Origin: Myxococcota bacterium
GTDB taxonomy: Bacteria; Myxococcota_A; UBA9042; PHBI01; JAWLBL01
DNA: 64,000 nt
Assembly (NCBI GenBank): GCA_041687695.1
Contig: JAWLBL010000032.1
Location: 1 to 64,000 of the forward strand
Reading direction: 5' to 3'
The notes under the pieces were generated by a model. The model ran no database searches. It saw only the letters and a program-made list of their open reading frames with translations, and was not told the DNA's origin. Positions 16,145-25,854 of this stretch are shown here, in pieces; the stretch's first letter is position 1; every line of letters starts with the position of its first letter. The position numbers and the translations under genes were made by a program.

Positions 16145-18499
16145 TCAGAGATACCCGAAGCGGCGGCGCAGCCACCACTCGGCGCCGAAGAGTAGGGCCA
16201 GAACCAGCACGATGAAGGGGGTGTTCCAGAGCTCGCGGTGGCGCCGGCTGGCGACCTTCTGGATGCGCGGCTCGCGCAGGGTCAGCGCCGGGTCGACCTC
16301 GTCGAGCGACCGCACCTCGCCGCCCGACGCCTCGGCCAGCTGGTCCAGCAGGCGGCCGTCGGACACGATGGTCTCCAGCTCGGGGTTCAGCTCGGTCGCC
16401 ACGAAGAGATCGCGGCCGCGCGTCACCCGCCCCTGCGCCACCGTCGCCGAGGCCTCGACCTCGTAGATGCCCGCGGCGTCGAGCGGCAGGTCCACCTCGA
16501 GCTGCCCGGCCCCGTCGGTCCTCTGGTCGCTCAGCCGCAGCACCTCGGCGCCCTGGCCCGGCCGGTCGCCCGCGTCGCGCCGCCGCACCACCACGTCGAC
16601 CCGGTGGTCGGCCGCCGGGCGGTAGTCGGTCAGGAAGACCTCGATGCGCGCCTGCGCCGCCTCGCCCACCGGGACGCGCTCGCGCAGCACGCGCACGCGC
16701 ACCAGCTCCAGCGCCGGATCCTTGATGAGCCACTTGATGGCGCTCGACCAGAAGGCGTCGAAGTGCCGCGGGTCCTTGCCCCCATTTCCGGCCTTGAAGC
16801 TCCAGTGCCACAGGCTGTCGGTCGTGACGGCCATCGAGCGCCCCTTGCCGACCTCGCGCACCGTCACGAGCGGCATCGGCTTGCCGGTGGCGTCGCGCAG
16901 GGTCGGGTGCTCGGCCAGCACCATGGCGTCGGGCTTGGCGCGGGTGACCATGTTGGCGCCCTCGAGGTCCTCGAGCTCGCCCCAGACGGCCTGGTTGGCC
17001 GCCGGGTCCTGCGCCAGCCGCGTCACCGGGTGGGTGCGCCCCGCCTCGCTGAGCCGCGCGCGGTAGGGCCGGGTGTCGGTGGTCGTCTCGAAGCCGGGCG
17101 GGATGTCGACCGGCAGCACGTCGGTGATGGGCGTGCCGTAGTAGCCGCCAGCGCTGAAGGACAGCGGGCCGCCGATCATGACGAAGGCGCCGCCGTCGCG
17201 GACGTACTGGGCGATGTGCGGCAGGTACTGGCGGGTGCGGAACGGGCCGTAGTTGAAGTTCTGGAAGATGGCCAGATCGAACCCGCCCAGCTCGTCCTCG
17301 AACAGCTCCTTGGCCGGGAAGGGGATGAGCGAGGTCTCGTGCTCCATCAGCGGGCGGTAGTTGTTCTGGTTGACCAGGATGAAGAAGCTGATGAGGTCGA
17401 CGTTGGGGTCCTGCTTGAGGTGGTTGCGCAAAAAGCGCTCGTCCCAGCTGGGCTGGCCGACGATCTGCAGGACGCGGATCTTGTCGCGGATGACGTTGAC
17501 GATGGCCTGCTGGGCGTTGTTGGGGACGTAGAGCTCGCCCGGGACCGGGTCGACTGAGACGCCGTAGACCTGCTTGCCCAGCTCGCGCGGCACGTACTCG
17601 AAGGCGACCGGGTAGTCGCGCTGGCCCGGGACCAGGGCGACGAAGCGGCGGTCGACCTCTTGCCCGTTCTCGGACAGGCGGACCACCAGCTGGCCGCGCG
17701 CGGCGGGGCCGTCGAAGCCGTGGACGCGGACGGTCGCCTCGAGCGAGGTCGCGTTGAGCAGGAAGGCGAAGTTGTTGTAGGCGAGGTGGGCGATCTCGAC
17801 GTCCTGCACCGGGACGCCGGTCGGCGGGACGAAGGCCACGATGGGCGCGTCGAGGTCCCGCACGACGGCCTGGGTGGCCGCGTCCAGGCGGGCGCGCTGC
17901 CCGGCGGCCGTGGTGTCGATGCCGTCGGTGAGCACCAGGACGCCGCCCAGATCGCGGTTGCGGAAGCGGCGCTTCAGGTCGTGCAGCGCCTCGATCAGCC
18001 GCGTCGAGCGGCCGTTGGTGAGCAGCGCCGTGCCGGCGCGCGCCTGCCCCGGCTCGGGCAGCTCGCCCAGGTGCTCGCCGAAGGACAGGAAGGACAGCTC
18101 GCCCTCTTCGCGCAGGCGCTCCCACAGCCCCTGGTTCGCCTGCAGGAAGCGCCGCACGTAGCCGATGCGCGTCTGGTCGCCGTGAGGCAGGCCCATGCTC
18201 TCGCTGGTGTCGACCAGCACGGCGATGTGGTTGCGGCTCTTGGTGACGTTCTCTTCGAGGAAGGCCGGCTGGTAGAAGACGCCCACCAGCACCACGACGA
18301 TGGTCAGGCGCAGCCCCACCATCAGCGCGCGCCGCCCCAGCGGCCGCAGCTGCCGGTAGTTCCACAGCGTCAGGCCGACCACGCCCAGCGCCAGCACGCC
18401 CACCAGGACCTGCATCCACACGGACCAGCCGCCCAGCCACACCAGGCTGCGCTGGGTGAACGGCCCGCTCTCGCCGAACAGGAAGTCGAGGCCCTCCAC
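16145..18499 (-). CDS. Membrane protein with VWA and GATase1-like domains (MoxR-cluster component)
   Basis: N-terminal TMs, DTSESM MIDAS, LTDG, PSWDERFLR, FVMIGGPLSF, C-terminal EWWLRRRFGYL. Confidence 0.85.
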   Translation of the reverse strand: MEGLDFLFGESGPFTQRSLVWLGGWSVWMQVLVGVLALGVVGLTLWNYRQLRPLGRRALMVGLRLTIVVVLVGVFYQPAFLEENVTKSRNHIAVLVDTSESMGLPHGDQTRIGYVRRFLQANQGLWERLREEGELSFLSFGEHLGELPEPGQARAGTALLTNGRSTRLIEALHDLKRRFRNRDLGGVLVLTDGIDTTAAGQRARLDAATQAVVRDLDAPIVAFVPPTGVPVQDVEIAHLAYNNFAFLLNATSLEATVRVHGFDGPAARGQLVVRLSENGQEVDRRFVALVPGQRDYPVAFEYVPRELGKQVYGVSVDPVPGELYVPNNAQQAIVNVIRDKIRVLQIVGQPSWDERFLRNHLKQDPNVDLISFFILVNQNNYRPLMEHETSLIPFPAKELFEDELGGFDLAIFQNFNYGPFRTRQYLPHIAQYVRDGGAFVMIGGPLSFSAGGYYGTPITDVLPVDIPPGFETTTDTRPYRARLSEAGRTHPVTRLAQDPAANQAVWGELEDLEGANMVTRAKPDAMVLAEHPTLRDATGKPMPLVTVREVGKGRSMAVTTDSLWHWSFKAGNGGKDPRHFDAFWSSAIKWLIKDPALELVRVRVLRERVPVGEAAQARIEVFLTDYRPAADHRVDVVVRRRDAGDRPGQGAEVLRLSDQRTDGAGQLEVDLPLDAAGIYEVEASATVAQGRVTRGRDLFVATELNPELETIVSDGRLLDQLAEASGGEVRSLDEVDPALTLREPRIQKVASRRHRELWNTPFIVLVLALLFGAEWWLRRRFGYL

Positions 18500-18502
18500 C
18501 GG

Positions 18503-19291
18503 CTACTCCACCGGCCGCCGGACCTTCCACTTGCGCTTGTGCAAGAGGTAGTCCAGGTGGACCTGATCGTCCTTGTAGTGCAGGCACAGCCCGTACATGA
18601 CCAGGTTCGTGCCGAAGCGCAGCGCCATCTCGCGCTGGTTCTCGCCGCCGGGGGTCGGGCGCAGGCTCCAGTCGCCCATGTTACCGCGCGCGTAGGCGCC
18701 CATGAGATCGTTGTGGCTGAGGATCACCGCGTAGCGATCGCCGATCTTCAGCCCCTCGACGTAGGGCTTGTGGATGGCGCGCCCCGCCGGGTAGTCCAGG
18801 CGGTAGAAGCTGCGATAGATGACGTGGTCGGCCGAGACGCGGCGCAGCGGGCGGTTGGGGAAGAGCTTGCCCAGCTCGCGGCGCACGGCGGCGTCGAAGG
18901 CGGCCGAGGGGCCCGAGGCGCCGGTGTTGTCGATGAGCAGGAAGCCGCCCAGCTCGAGCCAGCGCTTGAGCGCCTCGTGCTCACGCGGGTCGAGGCGGAA
19001 GTCGCGATCGCCCGCCAGGATGGCGAAGGCCTGGTGACCGAACTGCGGGCTGGCCGGGTCGACCACCGAGGCGGCCGGCAGGATGTCGACCGAGGTGCGC
19101 AGGCCGACCTCTTCGGCCAGGACGGAGGGGGCCCCCTCGCGTGTCGCGTCGAGGCCGCCGTGGCGCAGACGGAGCAGGCGCAGCTGCTGGCCGGGGCCCA
19201 GGGCGCGGGCGACGCCGCCGGGCAGGGCGGCCAGCGCGGCGCCCGCGAGGGTGAGTCTCAGGAAGCTTCTGCGGTTCAAAGGGGGCGCCAT
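18503..19291 (-). CDS. DUF4159 family protein, Tat-exported
   Basis: ATG at 19291; twin-arginine NRRSFL signal; LELGGFLLID, HVIYRSFY, GTNLVMY, YKDDQVH. Confidence 0.85.
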   Translation of the reverse strand: MAPPLNRRSFLRLTLAGAALAALPGGVARALGPGQQLRLLRLRHGGLDATREGAPSVLAEEVGLRTSVDILPAASVVDPASPQFGHQAFAILAGDRDFRLDPREHEALKRWLELGGFLLIDNTGASGPSAAFDAAVRRELGKLFPNRPLRRVSADHVIYRSFYRLDYPAGRAIHKPYVEGLKIGDRYAVILSHNDLMGAYARGNMGDWSLRPTPGGENQREMALRFGTNLVMYGLCLHYKDDQVHLDYLLHKRKWKVRRPVE

Positions 19292-19382
19292 CTCCAGTCG
19301 CGGCACGAGCGGCAGGGAAGCGGAGGCTAGCACCCGTCCCCTGGGCCCACAACGTCCGGCCCCAACGCGCGAGCGGCGCGCC

Positions 19383-21881
19383 TCAATCCAGGAAGACGCC
19401 GAGATCGTAGGGCAGGTGCGTCGCCTGGAACGGCTGCACGCGCAGGAGGTAGACGCCGCCTTGCGGCAGCAGCGTCTCGAGGAAGGCGCCGTCGGCCGGG
19501 TCGAGCGTCTCGTCGACCAGCTGGCCGTCGGGGCCGTACAGCAGCAGATCGGCGTAGCCCTGGCCGGCCTCGTGGGAGGTCATCGCGACCAGGGTCGAAA
19601 AGGGCGGCGCCTGGATGCGCACGTAGTCGTCGTCGGCGTCGCCGCACAGGCGCAGCCAGGTGTGGACGCCCTCGGCCAGGTCGGCGGCGGCCGCGGGGGT
19701 GTCGTTGGGCTCGAGGCGGTCGGGCTGGCAGGGGCCGGGCGGGTCCTGGACGGTCTGATAGAGGTCGTAGGCGCGGCCGCCGGACGGGGAGGCGCCCGCG
19801 AGGCGATAGGTGACGCGGCCCGGGCCGGGCGCCTGCCACGACAGCCAGGTCACGCCGTCGGCGTCGGTCTGTCCGGTGGCGACGGGCGCGCCGCCGAGGG
19901 CGGTGAAGGCCGCGAGATCGAACGCGGCGTCGTCGTGCGCCTGGACCAGCACGTCGAGGGTCTCGCCGCCGTTGAGGTCCAGGGCGAACCAGTCGTCGGC
20001 GCCCGGGCACAGCGCGAGGTTCGGGTACAGGCCCTGGGGCAGGGTCGCGGCCTGGTTGGCGGCGGCGTTGGGGGCCAGGAGGTCGTCCTGGCAGGCGGCG
20101 GCCGCGTCGGTGACCTGCGCGACCAGGGTGTAGCCGTTGGCGGCGTCGAGCGGGCCGAAGACGCGGGCCAGGACGGTGGTGGCGGTCGGGGCGACCCAGG
20201 TGACGGCCTCGGTCGAGCTGGCGCCGGCGCCCGAGGCCAGGACGGTGACGCCGTCGGCGGCGCGCAGCTCGAGGTCGAGGTCGCCCGAGGCGTGCTCGAA
20301 GGCGAGGGTCAGGGCCAGCTGGTCGCCGGCGGCCAGGGCGAGCGAGTACCAGTCGACGTCGCCGGGGCACAGGGTGAGGTCCGCCTGGGCGACGGCGCCC
20401 GTGGGGTCCGGGGTCAGCGGGGTGGCGGCGGCCGGCGCGTCGTTGGGCTCGTGGGCGTCGGCCGGGCAGGCGCCCTGCTCGACGGCGACGGTGAGGGTGT
20501 AGCCGAGGCGCGCGTCGGCCGAGAGGCCGGCCACCTCGACCAAGCGGGCGGCGCCGTCGCCCTGGCCGCGCACGGTCAGGACCGGGGCGTCGCCGGTGGC
20601 CTCGTCGAGGACCTGGCCGGCGTCGTCGAGCAGGCGGACGCGGACGGGGCCGTGGGCGGGGACGCGGGTGACCTGGGCCAGGACCTGGGCGCCGAGGGGC
20701 GCGGTGACGCGGGTCAGGTCGAGGTCCTGGCCGCACAGGCGGCGGGCGGCGGGCTGGCCGGCGGGCAGGGTGGGGGCCTGGGCGGCGGTGGCGTCGGGCT
20801 CGGCCAGGTCGTCGGCGCAGGCGTCGGGGGCGGCGCCGGGCGGGTAGACGGCGGCGGTGAGGGCGCCGGCCTTGGGGAAGCGGGTGGTGCGGTCGCAGGC
20901 CTGGCCGGTGGGGTCGTCGTTGTCGGTGACCAGCAGGTGGTAGTGGACCAGGGCGCCGGAGAGGGGGAGGGCGTCGGGGGCGAGGGAGGCGGTCCAGACG
21001 CCAGGGCGGGCGGGGTCGGGGGCCAGGGGGAGGTCCTGGGTGGCGCCGTCGGGCCCGGAGAGGCTGTAGCGGACCAGGGCCTTGGCGACCAGGCTGTCGG
21101 CGTCGGAGAGGTGGGCGTCGAAGGTGAGCGGGCCGTCGGCGAGGGCGGCGTCGGGGGGCGGGTCGTGCAGGACCAGCGGGGCGGTGCCCTGACAGCCGGC
21201 GCCCAGCTCGGGGTTGACCAGGACGACGTTGAGGACGTGGGTGACCGGGGGGTGGGCGTCGTCGGTGGCGGTGAGGACGAAGCGGTGGACGGCGGTGAGG
21301 CGCTGGGCGGCGTCGGGCTTCCAGTAGAGGTAGGCGGTCTTGTTGCCCTCGGGGTCGAGGCGGGCGCCGGCGGGGGCGTCGGCGAGGGCGAGGGCGACGG
21401 AGACGGAGTCGTCGTCCTTGACGGTGACCAGCATGGCGAGGTCGGACTCGTGGGCGAGGTTGAGGACCAGGCCGGCGGGGAGCTTGAAGGCGGGGGCGCC
21501 CTCGGCGGCGACGACGCCCAGGGCGAAGGTGGTCTCGGCGCGGCCGCCGCGGCCGTCGTCGGCGCGGACGAGGACGTCGTAGCGGCGCCCGCCGGGGTCG
21601 GTGTCGGTGATGGCGGGGGTCCAGTACAGGACCGCCTCGGTGGGGGAGCGCGGATAGACCTGGGCGGCGGCGGGGAGGCCGTCGACGGTGAAGGTCAGGG
21701 GATCGCCGTCGGGGTCGGTGGCGGTGAGGGTGAGGACGAGGCTGTCGCCGACGGTGAGGGTGCGGCCCTCGACGAGGGCGAGCGAGGGCGGGTGGTTGGG
21801 GTCGCCGCAGGCCGTCAGGGCGAGCAGGCCGGCCAGGGCGAGGGCGAGCGGGGAGGCCGGGCGGTGGGCGGCGGGGCGCAT
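19383..21881 (-). CDS. Lipoprotein with Ig/cadherin-like and several PPC domains
   Basis: ATG at 21881; lipobox LTA-C; ATDPDGD; repeated C--D--EPND...LC..D.DW and DLDL motifs. Confidence 0.85.
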   Translation of the reverse strand: MRPAAHRPASPLALALAGLLALTACGDPNHPPSLALVEGRTLTVGDSLVLTLTATDPDGDPLTFTVDGLPAAAQVYPRSPTEAVLYWTPAITDTDPGGRRYDVLVRADDGRGGRAETTFALGVVAAEGAPAFKLPAGLVLNLAHESDLAMLVTVKDDDSVSVALALADAPAGARLDPEGNKTAYLYWKPDAAQRLTAVHRFVLTATDDAHPPVTHVLNVVLVNPELGAGCQGTAPLVLHDPPPDAALADGPLTFDAHLSDADSLVAKALVRYSLSGPDGATQDLPLAPDPARPGVWTASLAPDALPLSGALVHYHLLVTDNDDPTGQACDRTTRFPKAGALTAAVYPPGAAPDACADDLAEPDATAAQAPTLPAGQPAARRLCGQDLDLTRVTAPLGAQVLAQVTRVPAHGPVRVRLLDDAGQVLDEATGDAPVLTVRGQGDGAARLVEVAGLSADARLGYTLTVAVEQGACPADAHEPNDAPAAATPLTPDPTGAVAQADLTLCPGDVDWYSLALAAGDQLALTLAFEHASGDLDLELRAADGVTVLASGAGASSTEAVTWVAPTATTVLARVFGPLDAANGYTLVAQVTDAAAACQDDLLAPNAAANQAATLPQGLYPNLALCPGADDWFALDLNGGETLDVLVQAHDDAAFDLAAFTALGGAPVATGQTDADGVTWLSWQAPGPGRVTYRLAGASPSGGRAYDLYQTVQDPPGPCQPDRLEPNDTPAAAADLAEGVHTWLRLCGDADDDYVRIQAPPFSTLVAMTSHEAGQGYADLLLYGPDGQLVDETLDPADGAFLETLLPQGGVYLLRVQPFQATHLPYDLGVFLD

Positions 21882-22017
21882 GGCGCATCGGTAGCACAGC
21901 GGGCGCGGTGGGGCCAATCGGCGCGGGGGCGACGTCCGGCGGGGGCTTGCGTTTTCCATCGGGTCTGTTGCAATGACCGCCGCCCGGGACGACCCGGGCC
22001 GCTTCAGGAGCCCCGCC

Positions 22018-23235
22018 ATGATGGACATCCGCCGTCGCCTCGCGCCGTATCTGGCCCCCTTCGTGGTCCCCGTGGCCCTCGGCCTGGTCGCGCTGCCCGC
22101 GTGCGACAAGGTGAAGGAGACCCTGGGGATGGCGGAGGACAAGCCGGCCGAGGCCAAGCCGGTGGAGCCGGCGAAGGCGGGCGAAGGCGCGGCCGAGGCG
22201 CCCGTGGAGAAGGCGGGCGAGGCGCCGACGGCGGCGGTCGAGGACCCGCCCGCCGAGGTCCCGGAGGAGGCCAAGCCGGCCGAGGAGGCCAAGCCGGCCG
22301 AGGAGGCCAAGCCGGCCGAGGCGCCGGCCGTGCCGAAGGAGGAGGTCGCGAAGCTGGCGCTGTTGACGGGCGAGCTGGCCTGCCTGGCCGAGCAGTTCCC
22401 GGCGGCCGACGCGCGGGCGACGGCCGAGGAGGCGGCGCTGACCCGCGCGGGGCTGACGCGGGCGCAGTACGAGGAGAAGGTCGGGGTCGTGGCGGGCGAC
22501 GCGACCTACGCGGCCACCGTGCAGGCGGCCAAGGCCAACTGCAAGGTGCCCGACGCCGAGGTGCCGGCCGAGCAGGCGGCGCTGCGGGACAAGCTCAAGG
22601 CGCTGGCGGTGGCGTCGGCGTGTCTGCAGAAGGCCGGCAAGACCAGCGAGGAGATGGCCTCGGCCATGCTGGCCATGTACAAGGCGTACGGGATCTCGCT
22701 CGAGGTCTACACGACCGAGATGGGCAAGCTGGCGAGCGACCGCGACTTCCAGGCGGCGGTGACGGCGGCCATCTCCGAGTGCCCGACCGCCGAGGAGGTC
22801 GCCGTCGCGGGCGGGGGCGAGGCGGAGGCGGACCCCGAGCAGGGCCAGGGCGAGGAGGGGGAGGCCGCGGAGGCCGAGGTCGCCGAGGAGGCCAAGCCCG
22901 AGGAGGCCAAGCCCGAGGAGGCCAAGCCCGAGGCGCCCAAGGCGGAGACGACGCTGTCGGGGCGCTACAGCGGGTCGGTCTCGGGCAGCCACAGCGGCAG
23001 CGTGTCGGTCCGGGTCAAGGGCCGCAGCGTCAGCGCGACGTCGACGGTCGGCGGGGTGACGATGAACATGACCGGGCAGGTGCTGCCCAGCGGTCACGTG
23101 AACTTCGGCGCGCGCAAGGGCAACGACTACATGCAGTTCAGGGGCAACCTGGACAAGCGCGGCAAGATGAGCGGGTCGTGGCGCGGCGCGGTGCGGACCA
23201 AGACGGCGAGCGGAAAGTGGTCGGCGACGAAGTGA
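22018..23235 (+). CDS. Hypothetical lipoprotein with EEAKP repeats
   Basis: AGGAG then ATG at 22018; lipobox LPA-C; two Cys-bracketed helical repeats; basic beta-rich C-terminus. Confidence 0.8.
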   Translation: MMDIRRRLAPYLAPFVVPVALGLVALPACDKVKETLGMAEDKPAEAKPVEPAKAGEGAAEAPVEKAGEAPTAAVEDPPAEVPEEAKPAEEAKPAEEAKPAEAPAVPKEEVAKLALLTGELACLAEQFPAADARATAEEAALTRAGLTRAQYEEKVGVVAGDATYAATVQAAKANCKVPDAEVPAEQAALRDKLKALAVASACLQKAGKTSEEMASAMLAMYKAYGISLEVYTTEMGKLASDRDFQAAVTAAISECPTAEEVAVAGGGEAEADPEQGQGEEGEAAEAEVAEEAKPEEAKPEEAKPEAPKAETTLSGRYSGSVSGSHSGSVSVRVKGRSVSATSTVGGVTMNMTGQVLPSGHVNFGARKGNDYMQFRGNLDKRGKMSGSWRGAVRTKTASGKWSATK

Positions 23236-23585
23236 CGGGCGGCTGCGACGTCGCGCGCATCGAGGCGCTGGCGCGCGCCGGGGTGACGCCGTCGCGCAAT
23301 CGGCACTACGCGCTGTGGAGTCAGCCGGGCAACCGGCGGCTGCTGACCCTGTGGCGGTTCGTGGCGACGCTGGCGCGCGAGCTGGTGGCGCGGCAGGCGG
23401 CGGGCGAGCTTTCGCTGGCGCTCGAGGAGCCGGGCGAGGACGGGCGCTGGTGGTTGGTGATGGCGCTGCCGAGCCTGGCGGCGGCGCGGCGGGTGCCGTT
23501 GACCCCGGCCGAACTGGGCTTTCTGGCGCGGCAAGAGGGGGTCACCGAGGTGTTCGCGGCGCACGGGCTGACGCTGCGCGGGTAG
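23232..23585 (+). CDS. Small hypothetical protein (SRNRH motif)
   Basis: GTG overlaps the previous stop (GTGA); PSRNRHY...LTPAELGFL resembles a conserved myxobacterial hypothetical. Confidence 0.6.
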   Translation: MTGGCDVARIEALARAGVTPSRNRHYALWSQPGNRRLLTLWRFVATLARELVARQAAGELSLALEEPGEDGRWWLVMALPSLAAARRVPLTPAELGFLARQEGVTEVFAAHGLTLRG

Positions 23586-23594
23586 GCGCGGCCG

Positions 23595-25073
23595 TCAGTC
23601 GCCCAGGGCCTTGGCCAGGGCCGGGACCACGCGGCGGCTCAGCTCGGAGGACAGGACGCCCGCCGGGTCGAGGCGGCGCTTGAGGGCGAAGAACTGCTCG
23701 AGGCGCTCGGGACCGAAGGAGGCGGCGACCTGGTCGGCGCGGGCGACGGCGTCCTTGGCGAAGTAGAAGCGGCCGCCGGCGGCGACGACGCGGTCGCCGA
23801 TCTCCTGGCCCAGGGCCCAGACGCGGTCGCGGTTGGCGGCGGTGACGCGGAAGTCCATGGCGAGGGAGAAGCCGTCGAGGGCGTGCGAGAGCAGGAAGTC
23901 GTCGGGGCGGTGGCGCTTGAAGACGGCCAGGTAGGGGACCAGATCGCGCTGCTGACACAGGGTCAGGATGTCGCGGAAGGTGTCGCGGGCCGCCTCCTTG
24001 GGGACGAAAGGCTGGACCTGGATGAAGCCGTGGCGGCCGTAGGCCTCGCGCCAGCGCGGGACGTAGTCCAGCAGGAAGGCGAAGGCGACGTGCGACTGGA
24101 GGAAGGGCTTGTTCGGGTCGTCGAACAGGCGCGAGCTGGTGAACTTGGCCCAGTTGACCAGGCGCATGCCGGGATCGTGGACCCAGGGCTTGAGCAGGCG
24201 CCACATCAGGCCGCGCGGGATGACGCCGAAGAAGCGGTTCGGGATGCCCTGGCGCTCGACGTGCAGCGACACGCCCGGCTCGGGGTCGGCGTCGGCGGGG
24301 ACGTAGTTGGCGCGGTGGACCTGGGCGCGGCCGAGGGCGTCGCCGCGGGCGAAGGCGTCGACCCAGCCGACCAGGTAGTCGGACTGGGGCAGCTGCTCGG
24401 CGAAGTTGTCGAACAGGGCGTCGAGGTTGGGCAGGTTGTAGCCGCGGACGCTGAGGAAGCCCGACTCGACCTTCTTGAGGCGCAGCTTGACGCGGGTGAC
24501 GACGCCCAGCATGCCGAAGCCGCCGATGACGGCGTGGAAGACCTCGGGGTGCTGGGTGGGCGAGCAGGTCAGCGTCTCGCCGGTCGGCGTGACGAGGTCC
24601 AGCTCGAGCACGTGCTGGCCGAAGTTGCCGGCGCGGAAGTGGTTCTTGCCGTGGATGTTCATGGCGACGCAGCCGCCCAGCGTCGGGAAGGCGGTGCCGG
24701 GGACGACGGCGGGCCAGTAGCCGTCCTCGATGGTGCGGCGCCACAGGCCCTCGATGGTCAGGCCGGGCTCGGCCTCGAAGACGCCCTCGACCGGGTCCCA
24801 GGACAGGGCGCGGTCGAGCCGGTGCGTCGAGAGCACCAGGCCGCCGGCGTTGAGCGCGGCGTCGCCATAGCTGCGCCCCGAGCCGCGCATGGCCACCGGC
24901 AGCCGCTCGGACGACGCGCGGGCCAGCAGCGCCGACAGCTCGGACACGTCGGCGGGCGCCGCGTGGACGGCCGTCGAGCGCACCGCCCGGCCGAAGCCGT
25001 CGAGGGCTCGGCGCGGCCCCGACGTGAGCGCCAGCGCGCGCCCCTCGGAGGGGCCAGTCGTCGGCGCGGTCAT
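23595..25073 (-). CDS. FAD-binding oxidoreductase, DprE1-like
   Basis: RGSGRSYGDAA, PAVVPGT, IHGKNH, GG-GMLG, LAVFKR, GGRFYFAKD. Confidence 0.9.
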   Translation of the reverse strand: MTAPTTGPSEGRALALTSGPRRALDGFGRAVRSTAVHAAPADVSELSALLARASSERLPVAMRGSGRSYGDAALNAGGLVLSTHRLDRALSWDPVEGVFEAEPGLTIEGLWRRTIEDGYWPAVVPGTAFPTLGGCVAMNIHGKNHFRAGNFGQHVLELDLVTPTGETLTCSPTQHPEVFHAVIGGFGMLGVVTRVKLRLKKVESGFLSVRGYNLPNLDALFDNFAEQLPQSDYLVGWVDAFARGDALGRAQVHRANYVPADADPEPGVSLHVERQGIPNRFFGVIPRGLMWRLLKPWVHDPGMRLVNWAKFTSSRLFDDPNKPFLQSHVAFAFLLDYVPRWREAYGRHGFIQVQPFVPKEAARDTFRDILTLCQQRDLVPYLAVFKRHRPDDFLLSHALDGFSLAMDFRVTAANRDRVWALGQEIGDRVVAAGGRFYFAKDAVARADQVAASFGPERLEQFFALKRRLDPAGVLSSELSRRVVPALAKALGD

Positions 25074-25075
25074 CG

Positions 25076-25840
25076 TCAGATGTTCATCTTGCGGAACACG
25101 AACGACGGGATGTTCCGGATGATGAAGGCCACGAGACCCCATCGCCTCGGGACGAACCCGCTCCGCGGCCGCCCCGACCGCGCCATCGCCAGCGAGCGGC
25201 TCGCCGCCTCTTGCGGCTTGATCATCCAAAGGAGGTCTCCCATGCCGGCGGTCATCCGGGTCTCCACGAACCCGGGCTTCACCGTGACCACGTCGACACC
25301 GTAGCGGCCGAGCCGATTCCGCAGGCCCTCGAGGTAGGCCGTCAGCGCGGCCTTGGACGTGCAGTACGCCGGGTTGCCGCGCCGCCCGCGCTCGCCCGCG
25401 ATGGACGACACGCCGACCAGCGTGCCGGCCTGCCGCGCCTCCATCAGCGCCGCCGCCGGGTTCATCCACGCCATCGCACCGAGCAGGTTCACCTCGACCA
25501 TCAAGCGGTCCTTGGCGAAGTCGTACTCGTGCTCCTCGAGCCCCGGCATCACGCCGGCCGCGTAGACCAGCAGATCGAGCCCGCCGAGGTCCGCGACGAT
25601 CCGGTCGAACAGCGTCGCCGTCGCCTCGAAGTCGCGCACGTCGTGCGCGTAGACCCGCGCGTCGCCGCCGGCGCCCGCGATCTCGCCGCGCACCCGCTCG
25701 AGCTCGTCGGCGCGCCGGGCCACCAGCGCGACGCGCGCGCCCTCGGCCGCCAGCTGCCGCGCCATGGCCTCGCCGATGCCCGACGAGGCGCCCACCACGA
25801 TGGCCGTCTGGAACCGCTTCAACTCGTCAGCCTTTCCCAA
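25076..25840 (-). CDS. SDR oxidoreductase, DprE2-like
   Basis: GASSGIG, SSIAGERGR, YCTSK, KPGFVETRMT; adjacent to the DprE1-like gene. Confidence 0.88.
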   Translation of the reverse strand: MGKADELKRFQTAIVVGASSGIGEAMARQLAAEGARVALVARRADELERVRGEIAGAGGDARVYAHDVRDFEATATLFDRIVADLGGLDLLVYAAGVMPGLEEHEYDFAKDRLMVEVNLLGAMAWMNPAAALMEARQAGTLVGVSSIAGERGRRGNPAYCTSKAALTAYLEGLRNRLGRYGVDVVTVKPGFVETRMTAGMGDLLWMIKPQEAASRSLAMARSGRPRSGFVPRRWGLVAFIIRNIPSFVFRKMNI

Positions 25841-25854
25841 GTGTCCTCGGACGC

